This document shows positions 29,839 to 39,968 of a stretch of 64,000 nt of DNA, one piece after another. Within the stretch, counting starts at the first letter, position 1. Each line of letters begins with the position of its first letter. The position numbers were made by a program, and so were the translations under genes. The notes beneath the pieces were generated by a model that made no database searches, was not told the DNA's origin, and saw only the letters and a list, made by a program, of their open reading frames with translations. The DNA comes from an uncultured Spirochaetota bacterium (GTDB lineage: Bacteria > Spirochaetota > Spirochaetia > SZUA-6 > Fen-1364): contig CAWGAA010000001.1 in the NCBI GenBank assembly GCA_963820525.1, forward strand, positions 2,016,001 through 2,080,000. Direction: 5' to 3'.

Positions 29839-30693
29839 CTAATAGCTTAGCCGTACTGAAAGATACATGCCATCATTTGTAGGCATTATATTGAATGCAT
29901 ATCCGGTTACAGGCTCCGTATAAAGCATCATATACACCGAAATACCCGTAAGTATGGCACCCCCAGCCCAGAGCCCAATGCTTGTCCAGAAAAGGGCCTT
30001 CGATGTTTGATATGATGAGGTATATTTGTTCCAAAGAGACGTATAATCGGGGCCTACGCCTGAGGCATTGTTGTATTCATTCAAGAAACCTACCGAGTCT
30101 TTTTGATACTGATCAGAATAATAATAGGTAGCAAACCCTCCCCCTACCGATGCAAGCCCGGCTACCAGCATCCCAATTCCAATGCCCAATGATGGATGCT
30201 TTGCCGGGGGTTTCATTCCAAAAAGCTCGGAAACGCATATGTCAGTCGCAAATTCAAGGCCATCCAATTCCGCAGACTTTCCTCTCGAGGTTCCAACTAC
30301 CTCCGTGGTATTCACATCGACAATTTGAAGGGTTACAGTGTAAAAAGAGCCAAATCTACCACAGCTTCCAAATATCATGTACTGGGCTTGGAGGAATTTC
30401 CCAATCTTTATTGCACAAGAGGATTCATCACACATCACGGAAAGCCCAAATTCCTGCTCTTTGAGGATACTATCCCTTGATTCTCTGGATATAATTCTAT
30501 ATTTGGCTTTGCCGTACTTGTATACAGAATTGAAGACAAAATCAGAAACGAAACCCGCTTCTGATTCCGAGATTCCCTCCCGGAGAACTATATCCATAAT
30601 GCCTAGAACAGGGATATCCTCGGAATATGAAAAATAAGATAAGAAGGTAAATGCTATTATTATAATTAGAAGTTTAGATTTTCTTGTTTTCAT
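29839..30693 (-). CDS. CsgG/HfaB-like exported protein with C-terminal membrane segments
   Basis: ISRESRDSILKEQEF, CDESSCAIKIGK, LQIVDVNTTEV; two hydrophobic helices; ends SVRLSY. Confidence 0.7.
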   Translation of the reverse strand: MKTRKSKLLIIIIAFTFLSYFSYSEDIPVLGIMDIVLREGISESEAGFVSDFVFNSVYKYGKAKYRIISRESRDSILKEQEFGLSVMCDESSCAIKIGKFLQAQYMIFGSCGRFGSFYTVTLQIVDVNTTEVVGTSRGKSAELDGLEFATDICVSELFGMKPPAKHPSLGIGIGMLVAGLASVGGGFATYYYSDQYQKDSVGFLNEYNNASGVGPDYTSLWNKYTSSYQTSKALFWTSIGLWAGGAILTGISVYMMLYTEPVTGYAFNIMPTNDGMYLSVRLSY

Positions 30694-30943
30694 TTAAGTA
30701 TTTCTCCTTTTTAATGCTTATCTTGCCAGCAATGCCAGATAACATGAAGCTTGGTTGCGCCGCTGCTAGGGAGTGCTACATTTAGTGAGGACAGGTAACA
30801 TTTGGGCATAGCGAATCCTCTCTCTTATAGACAAAGAGCATAGCACGGCAGGTTCTGCAAGTAAAGCGATTAGTCGAAACCGTTACAAATAACGATCCCC
30901 TCCTCTCCAGCGGATTGCGCAGTTCTTTTAGAGCGCTTGACAA

Positions 30944-32410
30944 TTACCTTTTTTTCTGGAATTTCCGAAATGTTGCTATGGCGAATACCCCTGCCAGGAA
31001 AAACAGACTCAACCAGGCAACCCAATCCCCGCTAAGGCTATAAAACGTTCGCCCCGGTCCTGAGCGAACATTACCAACCAACAATACATCTTGCGCCCGA
31101 GAACTTCTGTCTTCAGCAATAATCCGTCCAAGGTGATCGCTTATTGACAATTGCCCATCTTGTGCAGAGCGAACGACCGCAAACCCACCTTCGATGCCAC
31201 GTGTCATTGCCATACGTGAATGCCATTGCCCATCCTGTCCAAAATCCCAGGCCGGGACAACGACGATACCAACGCCACCTCTGGAATACTGAGAAAGCAA
31301 GTCGGGGAAATCCATGTCCTTGCAAATCGCCAAACCGATGGTCATCCCTGAAACAGAAAACTCGACAGGCTTTGTACCCGGTTGATAATGGTCTTCGAAG
31401 CCTGGTACGAGGTGAATCTTGCTGTACTCGGTCAGGACTTGACCCTCTGAGGAAAATACTACGGCCACATTCCGAGAAGATTTCCGGTCGATCATGTTGA
31501 GACCCGCAACCACGACAACGCGGTGATCGCGTGCGGCTGCCCCAAGGATTTTATATACATTGCCGGAATAACTCGGGGTGACCCCAACGAACTTTTCCGG
31601 TAGGACGATTAACTCCGTCCCTTGAGCTGCCAGTTGATCTATGCGGCGGGCATAGGCTTGTACGACAGGCAGCGCTTCTTCCGATTTTTCAGTGCGAAAA
31701 TACCTTATCGTTGTATCCGTAGCCGTGAGCCCGACACGCATGGACTGTCCCTGGTCCGTTTGATGAATACGTATCGAACCATAGACTATAACGGATAGAA
31801 CCAAGACCACGGGCACTCCCGAGGCCAGTATCGATAACCTCTTGTTTTTCCGGAGATGCCATGCAATCGCGAAACCGGCAGGTACAAGCGTGAGAAGGAA
31901 CGTGATCCCCCAAATACCGGTCAGGGAAACAAGCTGGATCAGTGGAAGAAAACCGGTTTGTGTATACGCCAGACTCCCTGCTGTTCCATTGGGAGAAAAT
32001 ATGGATGCCAAATACTCATAGGAAGTCCACACCGATGGAAAGACGGCGATTGCAACCCAGGAGTTGATTTGAAGAGCAGTATACCGAGTAGCCAGAATGG
32101 CCAGAGTAAAGGCGATAGCGGGAATAACCAATGAAACAATGACCACGCCAAAGGGCATCAATTTTACCAGGTACGAGAAAAGTGTAAGGCTGCCTATCAG
32201 GAAAGTACCGAATGCTATTATCGCCGTTGGTCGAGGCTGTGCATTGAATGCCAGAATAAGGATGGGGATGGGCGCAATCCAAACCAGCGGTCCAAAACCA
32301 TTTAGCCCGATGGAAAAGAAATAGGAAAAACCAGCGGCGAAAACTGATAATAGAATGTATGCCCAGCGAGTGAACCCGCTGGGATTATCTCCCCGCCAGA
32401 TCGATCGCAT
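30944..32410 (-). CDS. Apolipoprotein N-acyltransferase-like nitrilase-family membrane protein (start uncertain)
   Basis: TM block with LAYTQ..LIQLVSLTGIWGITF; catalytic triad VLPE, YSKIHLVP, AICKD. Confidence 0.85.
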   Translation of the reverse strand: MRSIWRGDNPSGFTRWAYILLSVFAAGFSYFFSIGLNGFGPLVWIAPIPILILAFNAQPRPTAIIAFGTFLIGSLTLFSYLVKLMPFGVVIVSLVIPAIAFTLAILATRYTALQINSWVAIAVFPSVWTSYEYLASIFSPNGTAGSLAYTQTGFLPLIQLVSLTGIWGITFLLTLVPAGFAIAWHLRKNKRLSILASGVPVVLVLSVIVYGSIRIHQTDQGQSMRVGLTATDTTIRYFRTEKSEEALPVVQAYARRIDQLAAQGTELIVLPEKFVGVTPSYSGNVYKILGAAARDHRVVVVAGLNMIDRKSSRNVAVVFSSEGQVLTEYSKIHLVPGFEDHYQPGTKPVEFSVSGMTIGLAICKDMDFPDLLSQYSRGGVGIVVVPAWDFGQDGQWHSRMAMTRGIEGGFAVVRSAQDGQLSISDHLGRIIAEDRSSRAQDVLLVGNVRSGPGRTFYSLSGDWVAWLSLFFLAGVFAIATFRKFQKKR

Positions 32411-33734
32411 AATCCTTGACGACATCCCTTCCATTGATAATGTCCTGAACCGTCGGCACCACCTCGTGATCCGCGGGAATGCCGTGCCCGCGAGCAATCT
32501 CCATGACCGCGGTTGAAAACTCTTGGGTAGAGTAGCGGAGGATCAAGCCTGTCACAGGGAGAGGGAAGTCCCGCGAATTGTCGGTGCATGAGTACGTGCC
32601 TCCAGACTCTTCGCCAATGAAAACCGCGCGCTTATGGTACTTCAGGAGCGAGCAGAGGTGTCCCGTGGAGGAGAAGCTCGCTCCGTTGATGAGCACAAAG
32701 AGCCTTCCGGCGAATGCATTCTCGGCCGGCTGGAGCGGGATTTTGAGGTGATCGTAAGCCTGAGTTTCCTGGGAAAAATAGGGGGCCGGTTCTTGGATCA
32801 GGTGCGATAACAAGTATGAGGTGGCATTCGGATCACCGCCCCCATTATCGCGCAGATCAAGGATCAGACTGGTAATACCGTCGTTTTTTATGGCCTGAAA
32901 GGTGCCATCAATGAACGACTTGAATTGCGCAAGCGGGCGTGGGTCATAGAAATTGAAACTCCTGATCCTCAGCATCGCAATGGATTTCGTCTCCACCGAA
33001 TAGTCGAGGGGGTTGCCAGGGTCGGGGAATGAGGGGTCGCTTAATTGGTAGACAAGATCATCCCAAGAAATGCCGGAGAGCTCCACCGATCCAGAACCTT
33101 TCGAATCGAGGTAGTCGACGGTGAATCTGTCGGGTGAACCGATGAAGAGGCGGTACAGCTCACTGAATTGCTGGTTCATGATGGAGTACTTCTTCGTGAG
33201 ATTTTTCCCGTCAGCGGTTATATTCGTCAGAAGCGTGTCTATGACGGCGGTCACCGACATGCCGTTGATCGCGGTGATTTCGGCCCCCGCGGCGGGATTC
33301 GGGGCCGAGAACGGGCTCACGACGTACATGCGTTCTTTGATGACGTACACGCGAAAGGGAAGATATCGGCTGCCATCCCGCAGGCTTCGCTCTTCATCGC
33401 TGGGGAATCGAATGCCGGAGTGGCCGCAGCCGACCATCGCGACGATCGGCGAGAGGACGCGATAGAGCTCCAGCCTCCCCATCCCGTCGCGGAGCCTCGT
33501 CCGCTGCCGGTCTATGAACGATGAAAGCGCCGCCCTGTCGGCGTTGACCAGCGGGTTCCGTGCCATGATGGTTTGCGCGCAATACGTGAAGTCTTGCTGG
33601 AGCTCCGAAAGCGTGTATCCCTCGACAGAGACCCCGGCCGATGGAAGGCGGGCGGCCGTCGGGGCGGTCGAGCAGGAGAGAGAGAATGCCGAAAGTGCGA
33701 GGGCTAAGAGAATTACCGGTGCCAATCGACGCAT
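32385..33734 (-). CDS. S41 family peptidase, lipoprotein
   Basis: LILDLRDNGGG, SFSS, IGEESGG, GIPAD; SLSC lipobox. Confidence 0.88.
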   Translation of the reverse strand: MRRLAPVILLALALSAFSLSCSTAPTAARLPSAGVSVEGYTLSELQQDFTYCAQTIMARNPLVNADRAALSSFIDRQRTRLRDGMGRLELYRVLSPIVAMVGCGHSGIRFPSDEERSLRDGSRYLPFRVYVIKERMYVVSPFSAPNPAAGAEITAINGMSVTAVIDTLLTNITADGKNLTKKYSIMNQQFSELYRLFIGSPDRFTVDYLDSKGSGSVELSGISWDDLVYQLSDPSFPDPGNPLDYSVETKSIAMLRIRSFNFYDPRPLAQFKSFIDGTFQAIKNDGITSLILDLRDNGGGDPNATSYLLSHLIQEPAPYFSQETQAYDHLKIPLQPAENAFAGRLFVLINGASFSSTGHLCSLLKYHKRAVFIGEESGGTYSCTDNSRDFPLPVTGLILRYSTQEFSTAVMEIARGHGIPADHEVVPTVQDIINGRDVVKDYAIDLAGR

Positions 33735-33932
33735 GGTGTGCTCCTGAGCCGCTCGCCTTTTTTCAGCCGCGCGCGATTGATGGCCTGGCTCACAGCCGGG
33801 CACTCTACCACACTCACCGTTTTCCTGCCAAGCACACCGCCGCATTGAGCCGGCCCGGCGTTCTGAAACCCGCATCGCCCCGCCGCGCCGGAACCCTTGC
33901 GTTGCGGGATACTTGTGCTTACAGTAGCTGCC

Positions 33933-35102
33933 ATGGCTTGGAAGCGCATCCTCATCATTGTGGCTGCGGTGGCAGTGGCGGCGTTTGCCGTCTGGCGAGT
34001 CTTTGTGGCAGTGCGCCCGGCAGGCCCGGTGGTCGGGCAAGCGACGGGTGTTCGCACGGCCGCGCCCGTGGCGGTGGAGATCACACCGGTCACACGCTCA
34101 ACGCTGCAGGACGCCGTGGAGTTCTCCGGAGTCCTGCAGTCCCGTTCCCGATTCGTCGTGTCCACAAAGGTTGCCGGCCGGCTGGAGCGTCTCCTCGTGC
34201 GGATTGGTGAGCGGGTCTCCCGTGGACAGCTCCTGGCCGAGCTGGAGGATGAGGAGTACCGGCAGGAGCTCGAACAGTCCCGTGCGGAGCAGGAGGTGGC
34301 GCAAGCCAACGTGGAAGCGGCGCGGATCAGCGCGGAGGCTTCCGCGCGCGAGCTTGAAAGAGTGCGCGTCCTCCAAGACAAGCAGATCGCCTCCGACACG
34401 GAGCTGGACAGCGCCGAGACTCAGTTGAGCAGAGCGCAGGTCACCCTCACCGTTTCCGAGGCGCAGCTTCGGCAGAAAGAGGTAGCGCTTTCAGCCGCGG
34501 AGCTGCGCGTCCAGCACACGCGGATCACCGCGCTCTGGGAGAACGGCGGCGGCCCGCGGGTGGTGGGAGAGCGTCTGGCGGAGCCGGGAGCGCTGCTTCG
34601 GGCGAACGACCCTGTGGTGTCTCTGCTGGAAACCGATCCGCTGGTGGCCCGGTTGCAGGTGCCCGAAGCGGTCTATCCACGGCTGCGACAGGGCTTGCGG
34701 GCACAGGTGCGCGCGCCGGCAATGCCGGGCCGCGCGTTTGCCGGCAGGCTTTCCACGGTGGCGCCTTTCCTCGATGAACGCACCGGGCAGGCGGAAGCGT
34801 GGGTGGAGATCGCCAACCCGGCAGGTGAGCTTGCCCCCGGGCTTGCCGTGCGCGTGAACCTGGAGTTCGGCCGGCTTGAGAACGTCGTTACTGTTCCCGC
34901 CGTCGCGATTGTCGAGCGCAAGGGGGAGAAAGGCGTGTTCCTTGTGGACCCCCAGAAGCCAATGGCGCGGTTTGTCCCCGTGCGCCCCGGTGCTGCGCAA
35001 GGCGAGCTGGTGCAGATCGTGCAGCCCGAGCTGTCGGGCAGCGTCGTGACCCTGGGCCAGCACCTGTTGGAGGACGGCGGCGCCGTGATACTGCCCAAAT
35101 GA
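33933..35102 (+). CDS. RND efflux periplasmic adaptor subunit
   Basis: N-terminal TM, VRIGERVSRGQLLAEL, hairpin, LAPGL. Confidence 0.9.
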   Translation: MAWKRILIIVAAVAVAAFAVWRVFVAVRPAGPVVGQATGVRTAAPVAVEITPVTRSTLQDAVEFSGVLQSRSRFVVSTKVAGRLERLLVRIGERVSRGQLLAELEDEEYRQELEQSRAEQEVAQANVEAARISAEASARELERVRVLQDKQIASDTELDSAETQLSRAQVTLTVSEAQLRQKEVALSAAELRVQHTRITALWENGGGPRVVGERLAEPGALLRANDPVVSLLETDPLVARLQVPEAVYPRLRQGLRAQVRAPAMPGRAFAGRLSTVAPFLDERTGQAEAWVEIANPAGELAPGLAVRVNLEFGRLENVVTVPAVAIVERKGEKGVFLVDPQKPMARFVPVRPGAAQGELVQIVQPELSGSVVTLGQHLLEDGGAVILPK

Positions 35103-38100
35103 AAATCCCCCTTTTTACTGTCCGTCACCCGGTTCTCACTTCCATGATCGCCCTGATCGTCATCATCCTCGGGGTGATCGCGCTGCGGCAGCTTCCCCTG
35201 GACCTGATGCCCGACATCAGCTTCCCGGTGCTCTCGATCAACACCACCTATACAAATTCGAGCCCCCAAATCGTGGAGCAGCTCATCACCCGGCCCGTCG
35301 AGGAGGCCATGGGCGCCGTGCCCGGGGTGGAGCAGATCACCTCGGAATCCGCGGAGGGCTCGAGCGACGTGCGGATCTTTTTCGCCTGGGGCACCAACCT
35401 CGAGGCCGCGGCCAATGACGTGCGCGACAGGCTGGACCGCGTCATTCCGCGCCTGCCGGAGGACGCGGAGCGGCCGCGCCTTTTCAAGTTCGACCCGTCC
35501 AGCTTCCCCATCATGTTCCTCGGCTTGTACGGCAACGTGGACCCCGTGTACTTGCGCCGGCTCATCGACGAGCAGCTTACCTACCGCCTGGAGCGCATAG
35601 ACGGCGTGGCCTCCGTGGACATCTGGGGCGGGGTTGAGCGGGAAATCCAGGTGAACCTGCTGCCGGACCGCCTCCAGGTGCTGGGCCTCTCCGTGGACCA
35701 GGTGCTGTCCCGCATCAACGCGGCCAACCTGGAAAGTCCCGTGGGCGCCGTCACGGACGGCAGTTTCAGGCGATCTCTGCGCGCATCCGCCCTCTACGAG
35801 AATCTTGACCAGCTGCGCGACACCGTGGTTGCAGTCCGCGACGGGACGCCCATTGCCCTGCGCCAGGTGGCGGAGGTGGTGGACGGAAACGCGGAGGTCA
35901 CGCGCATCGCGCGCATCAATGGCCAGCCCGGCATTCGCATGTCGGTGAGCAAGCAGTCCGGCAGGAACACGGTGGAGGTGGCACGGCTGCTGCGGGCGGA
36001 GGTGGAGCGCATCCGCCAGGATTACCCGCAGATAGGGTTGATCGTGATCAACGACAGCTCCCGCTACATCCAAAATGCGCTCTCCAACGTCGGCACCTCC
36101 GCGTTGTACGGCGCCTTGATCGCGGCGGGGGTCCTCCTGTTCTTCCTTCGCAGCATGCGCAGCACCCTCATCATTTCGATATCCATTCCTTTCTCCATCA
36201 TCGCCACCTTTGTGCTCATGTACGCGAGCGGCTTCACCCTGAACGTCATGAGCCTGGGCGGACTGGCCATGGGCGTGGGCATGATGGTGGACAACTCCAT
36301 CGTGGTGCTTGAAAACAGCTACCGCCTGCGCCAGGCGGGACGACCGGCGGTGGAGGCCGCCGTGGAGGGGGCGGGCGAGGTGACCGCCGCCGTGGTGGCC
36401 AGCACCCTGACCACGCTGGTCGTGTTCCTGCCCCTCGTATTCACGCGGGGAATCTCCGGCATCATGTACAAGCAGCTTGCCATCGTTGTGAGCTTCTCCC
36501 TCATCGCCTCTTTAGTGTCCGCGCTGACTCTTGTGCCCATGATGTCCGCCCGGATGCTTGCCCGCCCGCTGGGTTCCGGCGGGGGCCGAATTGTCCAGAC
36601 GCTCGGCCGGGCCCAAGGCAAGATGGACCGGGTCTATGGATCCTTGCTGGACCGGGCCCTAAGACACCCGGGGGCCACCGTGGTTGCCGTGGCAGCCGGG
36701 CTTGCCGCCAGCCTGACCCTCGTGCCGCTCATCGGCTCTGAGCTCATGCCTGGATCAGACCAGGGGGAGGTGCGCATGAGCGGCGAGCTTGCGGTAGGGA
36801 CCCGCCTCGAGCTGACGGACCAGACCTTCCGCAGCCTGGAGGCGCGCACAAAAGAGGTGGTGCCGGAAGCCCAGACCATGCTTTCAAGCGTGGGCGGAGG
36901 GTTCCACGGATCCGGGAGCAGCACGGGGCAGATCAGCCTGACCCTCGTGCCCCGGAGCCAGAGGAGCCGCTCCGATGCCGAGATTGCGGAGGCCCTTCGC
37001 CGCCGGCTTTCCGGAACGCCGGGGGTGACCGTGCGCACCCGCACGAGCCAGAGCATGTTCATGCCGCGAATGGGCGGCTCTGGAGCAGAGCGCGTCCAGA
37101 TCGAAGTGCGCGGCCAGGACCTGGAGGCGGGCCGGGCCCTTGCCTTCCGGATCCTCGAGATCGTCCAGGAGGTGCCCGGGATCACGGACATTCTGTTCAG
37201 CCAGGAAGCAGGCGCCCCCGAGGATCTGCTGGTGGTGGACCGGCGCCGGGTGGCGGAGCTTGACCTCACGATGCAGCAGGTCACGAGCCTCCTGCGCACG
37301 CTGGTAGGCGGCACTCAGGCCGGCATCTTCCGTGAGGCCGCAAGCGAATCCCCCATCATGGTGCGGCTGGCCGAGCAGGATCCGTTCGACCTCCAGAGCC
37401 TGCTTTCCCTCCCCGTCATCAACGGGCAGGGCCAGGCCGTGCCCCTGAACAACGTTATCAGCGTCCGGCGTCAGATCGGACCCACGGTCATCGAGCGCAC
37501 GGACCAGGAGCGGATGATCACGCTGCTGGCCAACACAAGCGGCCGGGACGTGGGCTCCATTGTCGCTGATGCGCGCCAGAGGCTGCGTTCGCTTCCGGTG
37601 CCATCGGGGCTGTCGGTGCGCTTCAGCGGGGACTGGGAGGAGCAGAACGAGAGCTTCCGGGAGCTTGCCATCAGCATCGCCTTGTCCCTGCTTCTGATTT
37701 ACATGGTCATGGCAGGTCTGTACGAGTCTCTGCGAGACCCGTTCATCATCATGTTCTCCATCCCGCTGACCGCCATCGGAGTGCTTCTCATGCTGTTCCT
37801 GACCCGCACTACCTTCAATATCCAGACCTGGATCGGTGTGCTCATGTTGGGCGGCATCGTGGTGAACAATGCCATCCTGCTCGTGGACACCATGAACCTG
37901 CTTCGCCGGCGCGACGGGATGAAACTGATGGAGGCGGTGAGCGAGGCCGGACGCCGCAGGCTCAGGCCGGTGCTCATGACCTCACTGACGACGATTGTCG
38001 GCCTGCTTCCCCTGGCACTGGGGCTGGGCGAGGGAGGCGAGCTTCAGGCCCCGCTTGCGCGTACCGTGATCGGCGGCCTTGCCAGCGGCACCTTCATCAC

Positions 38101-38173
38101 CCTGCTGTTCATCCCAGCGCTGTACCTGCTCTTCGAGCGGCGGCGCGAGCGCAGAAAGAAAGCGGCAGCATGA
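35099..38173 (+). CDS. RND efflux permease (AcrB/AcrD/AcrF family)
   Basis: 1024 aa, GMMVDNSIVVLEN, GIVVNNAILLVD, RLRPVLMT. Confidence 0.95.
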   Translation: MKIPLFTVRHPVLTSMIALIVIILGVIALRQLPLDLMPDISFPVLSINTTYTNSSPQIVEQLITRPVEEAMGAVPGVEQITSESAEGSSDVRIFFAWGTNLEAAANDVRDRLDRVIPRLPEDAERPRLFKFDPSSFPIMFLGLYGNVDPVYLRRLIDEQLTYRLERIDGVASVDIWGGVEREIQVNLLPDRLQVLGLSVDQVLSRINAANLESPVGAVTDGSFRRSLRASALYENLDQLRDTVVAVRDGTPIALRQVAEVVDGNAEVTRIARINGQPGIRMSVSKQSGRNTVEVARLLRAEVERIRQDYPQIGLIVINDSSRYIQNALSNVGTSALYGALIAAGVLLFFLRSMRSTLIISISIPFSIIATFVLMYASGFTLNVMSLGGLAMGVGMMVDNSIVVLENSYRLRQAGRPAVEAAVEGAGEVTAAVVASTLTTLVVFLPLVFTRGISGIMYKQLAIVVSFSLIASLVSALTLVPMMSARMLARPLGSGGGRIVQTLGRAQGKMDRVYGSLLDRALRHPGATVVAVAAGLAASLTLVPLIGSELMPGSDQGEVRMSGELAVGTRLELTDQTFRSLEARTKEVVPEAQTMLSSVGGGFHGSGSSTGQISLTLVPRSQRSRSDAEIAEALRRRLSGTPGVTVRTRTSQSMFMPRMGGSGAERVQIEVRGQDLEAGRALAFRILEIVQEVPGITDILFSQEAGAPEDLLVVDRRRVAELDLTMQQVTSLLRTLVGGTQAGIFREAASESPIMVRLAEQDPFDLQSLLSLPVINGQGQAVPLNNVISVRRQIGPTVIERTDQERMITLLANTSGRDVGSIVADARQRLRSLPVPSGLSVRFSGDWEEQNESFRELAISIALSLLLIYMVMAGLYESLRDPFIIMFSIPLTAIGVLLMLFLTRTTFNIQTWIGVLMLGGIVVNNAILLVDTMNLLRRRDGMKLMEAVSEAGRRRLRPVLMTSLTTIVGLLPLALGLGEGGELQAPLARTVIGGLASGTFITLLFIPALYLLFERRRERRKKAAA

Positions 38174-39687
38174 GCCGGGCCGTACTTTTGCGCAGAATGC
38201 GGCCCCTGCTGGCTGCAGCTCTCCTCCTGGCCGGCCGCACGCTGCCGGCGCAGGCTCAGGCCTCCGATTCTCCGTCTGCCGGCGCGGTGCAGCCCGCTGA
38301 TTCCTCTTCTGCCGGCGCCATGCAGCCCGCGCCCCGGGAACTCGCGCTGTCCCTCCAGGAAGCGGTGCTTACGGCGCTCGAGCACAACCAGTCGCTTCGG
38401 GTCGAGCGTCTCGGGCCCGAGCTGAAGGCCACGAATCTGAAGGAGGAGGAGGGCGCCCTGGACCCTGTCCTGGCCGCGGATGCCGAGCAGATCGTTGCCG
38501 GCTCCCCGCCCGGCGTCTCGGCGGGCAGCGGCGCCGAGGCCGGCCTTTCCCTGAGCTTCTCCACCGGCACTTCGCTCAGCACCTCCGTGTCCGCCGGCTG
38601 GGGAGACTCGTGGGCGGCGGGAGCGGACCTCGAGGTGACGCAGGCCCTGCTGGCCGGCGGCAACGTGGCAGCCAACCGCGCGCGGGTGGAGCAGGCCCGC
38701 CTGGATCTCTTCTCCTCAAGGTACGAGCTTCGCGGCTTTGCGGAGTCTCTGGCTGCCGACGTGGAGTCCGCCTACTGGGGCCACTACCTCGCCCTTCGCC
38801 AGCGCGACATCTACCAGGAGTCCCTGGGACTGGCCGAGCGCCAGCTTGAGGAAGCCCAGGTCCGAATGCAGGTGGGGCGGATCGCGGCAATCGAGCTTGC
38901 AGCCCCGCGGGCGGAGGTCACCTCCCGCCGGGAGGCCCTGCGGCAAGGTGAAAAGAACGTGCAGTCCACCCGGCAGCAGCTGCTCATGCTGGTGAACCCG
39001 GCAGACACCGGCTTGGACTCCCCACTGCGGCTGGTGGACACGCCGGCACCGCCGACAGGCGCGCTGGGCGATGCCTCCGCGCACGTGTCTCTGGGCCTCC
39101 GCCAGAGGCCGGATCTCGCGCAGGCCCGGCTTGCCCTGCAGCGCGGCGAGCTTGAGGTCGTGCGCACCCAGGCAGGGCTCCTGCCCCGACTGGATCTTTT
39201 CGTGCGGCTGGGCGGCACGGGCTACGCCTCCTCTTTCGGCGGTTCTGTGGTCGGTATTGCCGATGAGCCGTATGCCAGCGCCGGCCTGAGCTTTTTGATG
39301 CCGCTGGGAAACCGCGCGGCCGAGGCGCGCGCCGAACGGGCCCGGCTGACCAAGGCGCAGGCCGATGAAGCCCTGAAGGGGATGGAGCGCAGCGTGGAGG
39401 CGGACATCAGAAACGCCTGGCGGGAGGCTGAGTTCTCCGCCGGGGGGATCGCGGCCAGCGCCGAGCTTCGCGGCCTGCAACAGGAGAAGCTTGCCGCGGA
39501 AGTGGAGAAATTCAGAAACGGCACCTCTACGACCTACCTGGTTGCCCAGGCCCAGCGGGACCTGCTGGCAGCCCAGCTGGGCGAGGCTCAGGCCACGGTG
39601 CAGTACCTCCTGGCGATGGTGACGCTCTACCGGCTTGAAGGCTCGCTTCTCGAGCGCAGGGGAATTGCCGCGGAACGGGTGGAATAG
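38170..39687 (+). CDS. TolC family outer membrane protein
   Basis: Signal peptide, LSLQEAVLTALEHN, LLPRLDL, follows the RND permease. Confidence 0.9.
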   Translation: MSRAVLLRRMRPLLAAALLLAGRTLPAQAQASDSPSAGAVQPADSSSAGAMQPAPRELALSLQEAVLTALEHNQSLRVERLGPELKATNLKEEEGALDPVLAADAEQIVAGSPPGVSAGSGAEAGLSLSFSTGTSLSTSVSAGWGDSWAAGADLEVTQALLAGGNVAANRARVEQARLDLFSSRYELRGFAESLAADVESAYWGHYLALRQRDIYQESLGLAERQLEEAQVRMQVGRIAAIELAAPRAEVTSRREALRQGEKNVQSTRQQLLMLVNPADTGLDSPLRLVDTPAPPTGALGDASAHVSLGLRQRPDLAQARLALQRGELEVVRTQAGLLPRLDLFVRLGGTGYASSFGGSVVGIADEPYASAGLSFLMPLGNRAAEARAERARLTKAQADEALKGMERSVEADIRNAWREAEFSAGGIAASAELRGLQQEKLAAEVEKFRNGTSTTYLVAQAQRDLLAAQLGEAQATVQYLLAMVTLYRLEGSLLERRGIAAERVE

Positions 39688-39688
39688 C

Positions 39689-39955
39689 TCAAAACCCTAG
39701 CCGTCCTGCTTTTTTCAAAGCCAACAAAGCATAGAGAGTCATCCACTTATTGGCGGCTCCACGATCGCCAACTTTCCACAGACACTGGGTTGGTGCCCAT
39801 TCCAGAATGAATCTTCCTTCTCTATCAGGAGCCTAGAAGCTTCCATGCACGATCAAGCCTTGGCTCATTCCCATATCCCATTCTGCTTAAATGGTACAGG
39901 ACTTCCACCAGGCCAGCCCGCCAGTGGAACGGAAATATCATTGTCTGAACGTCCT
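39689..39955 (-). pseudogene. 3' fragment of the IS110-interrupted gene, with an additional frameshift near 39828
   Basis: DVQTMIFPFHWRAGLVEVLYHLSRMGYGNEPRLDRAWKLLGS, then another frame DREGRFILEW...NKWMTLYALLALKKAGRLGF*; joins in frame with 41354-42043 when the IS is removed. Confidence 0.85.
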
Positions 39956-39968
39956 ACTATGATGCCCG

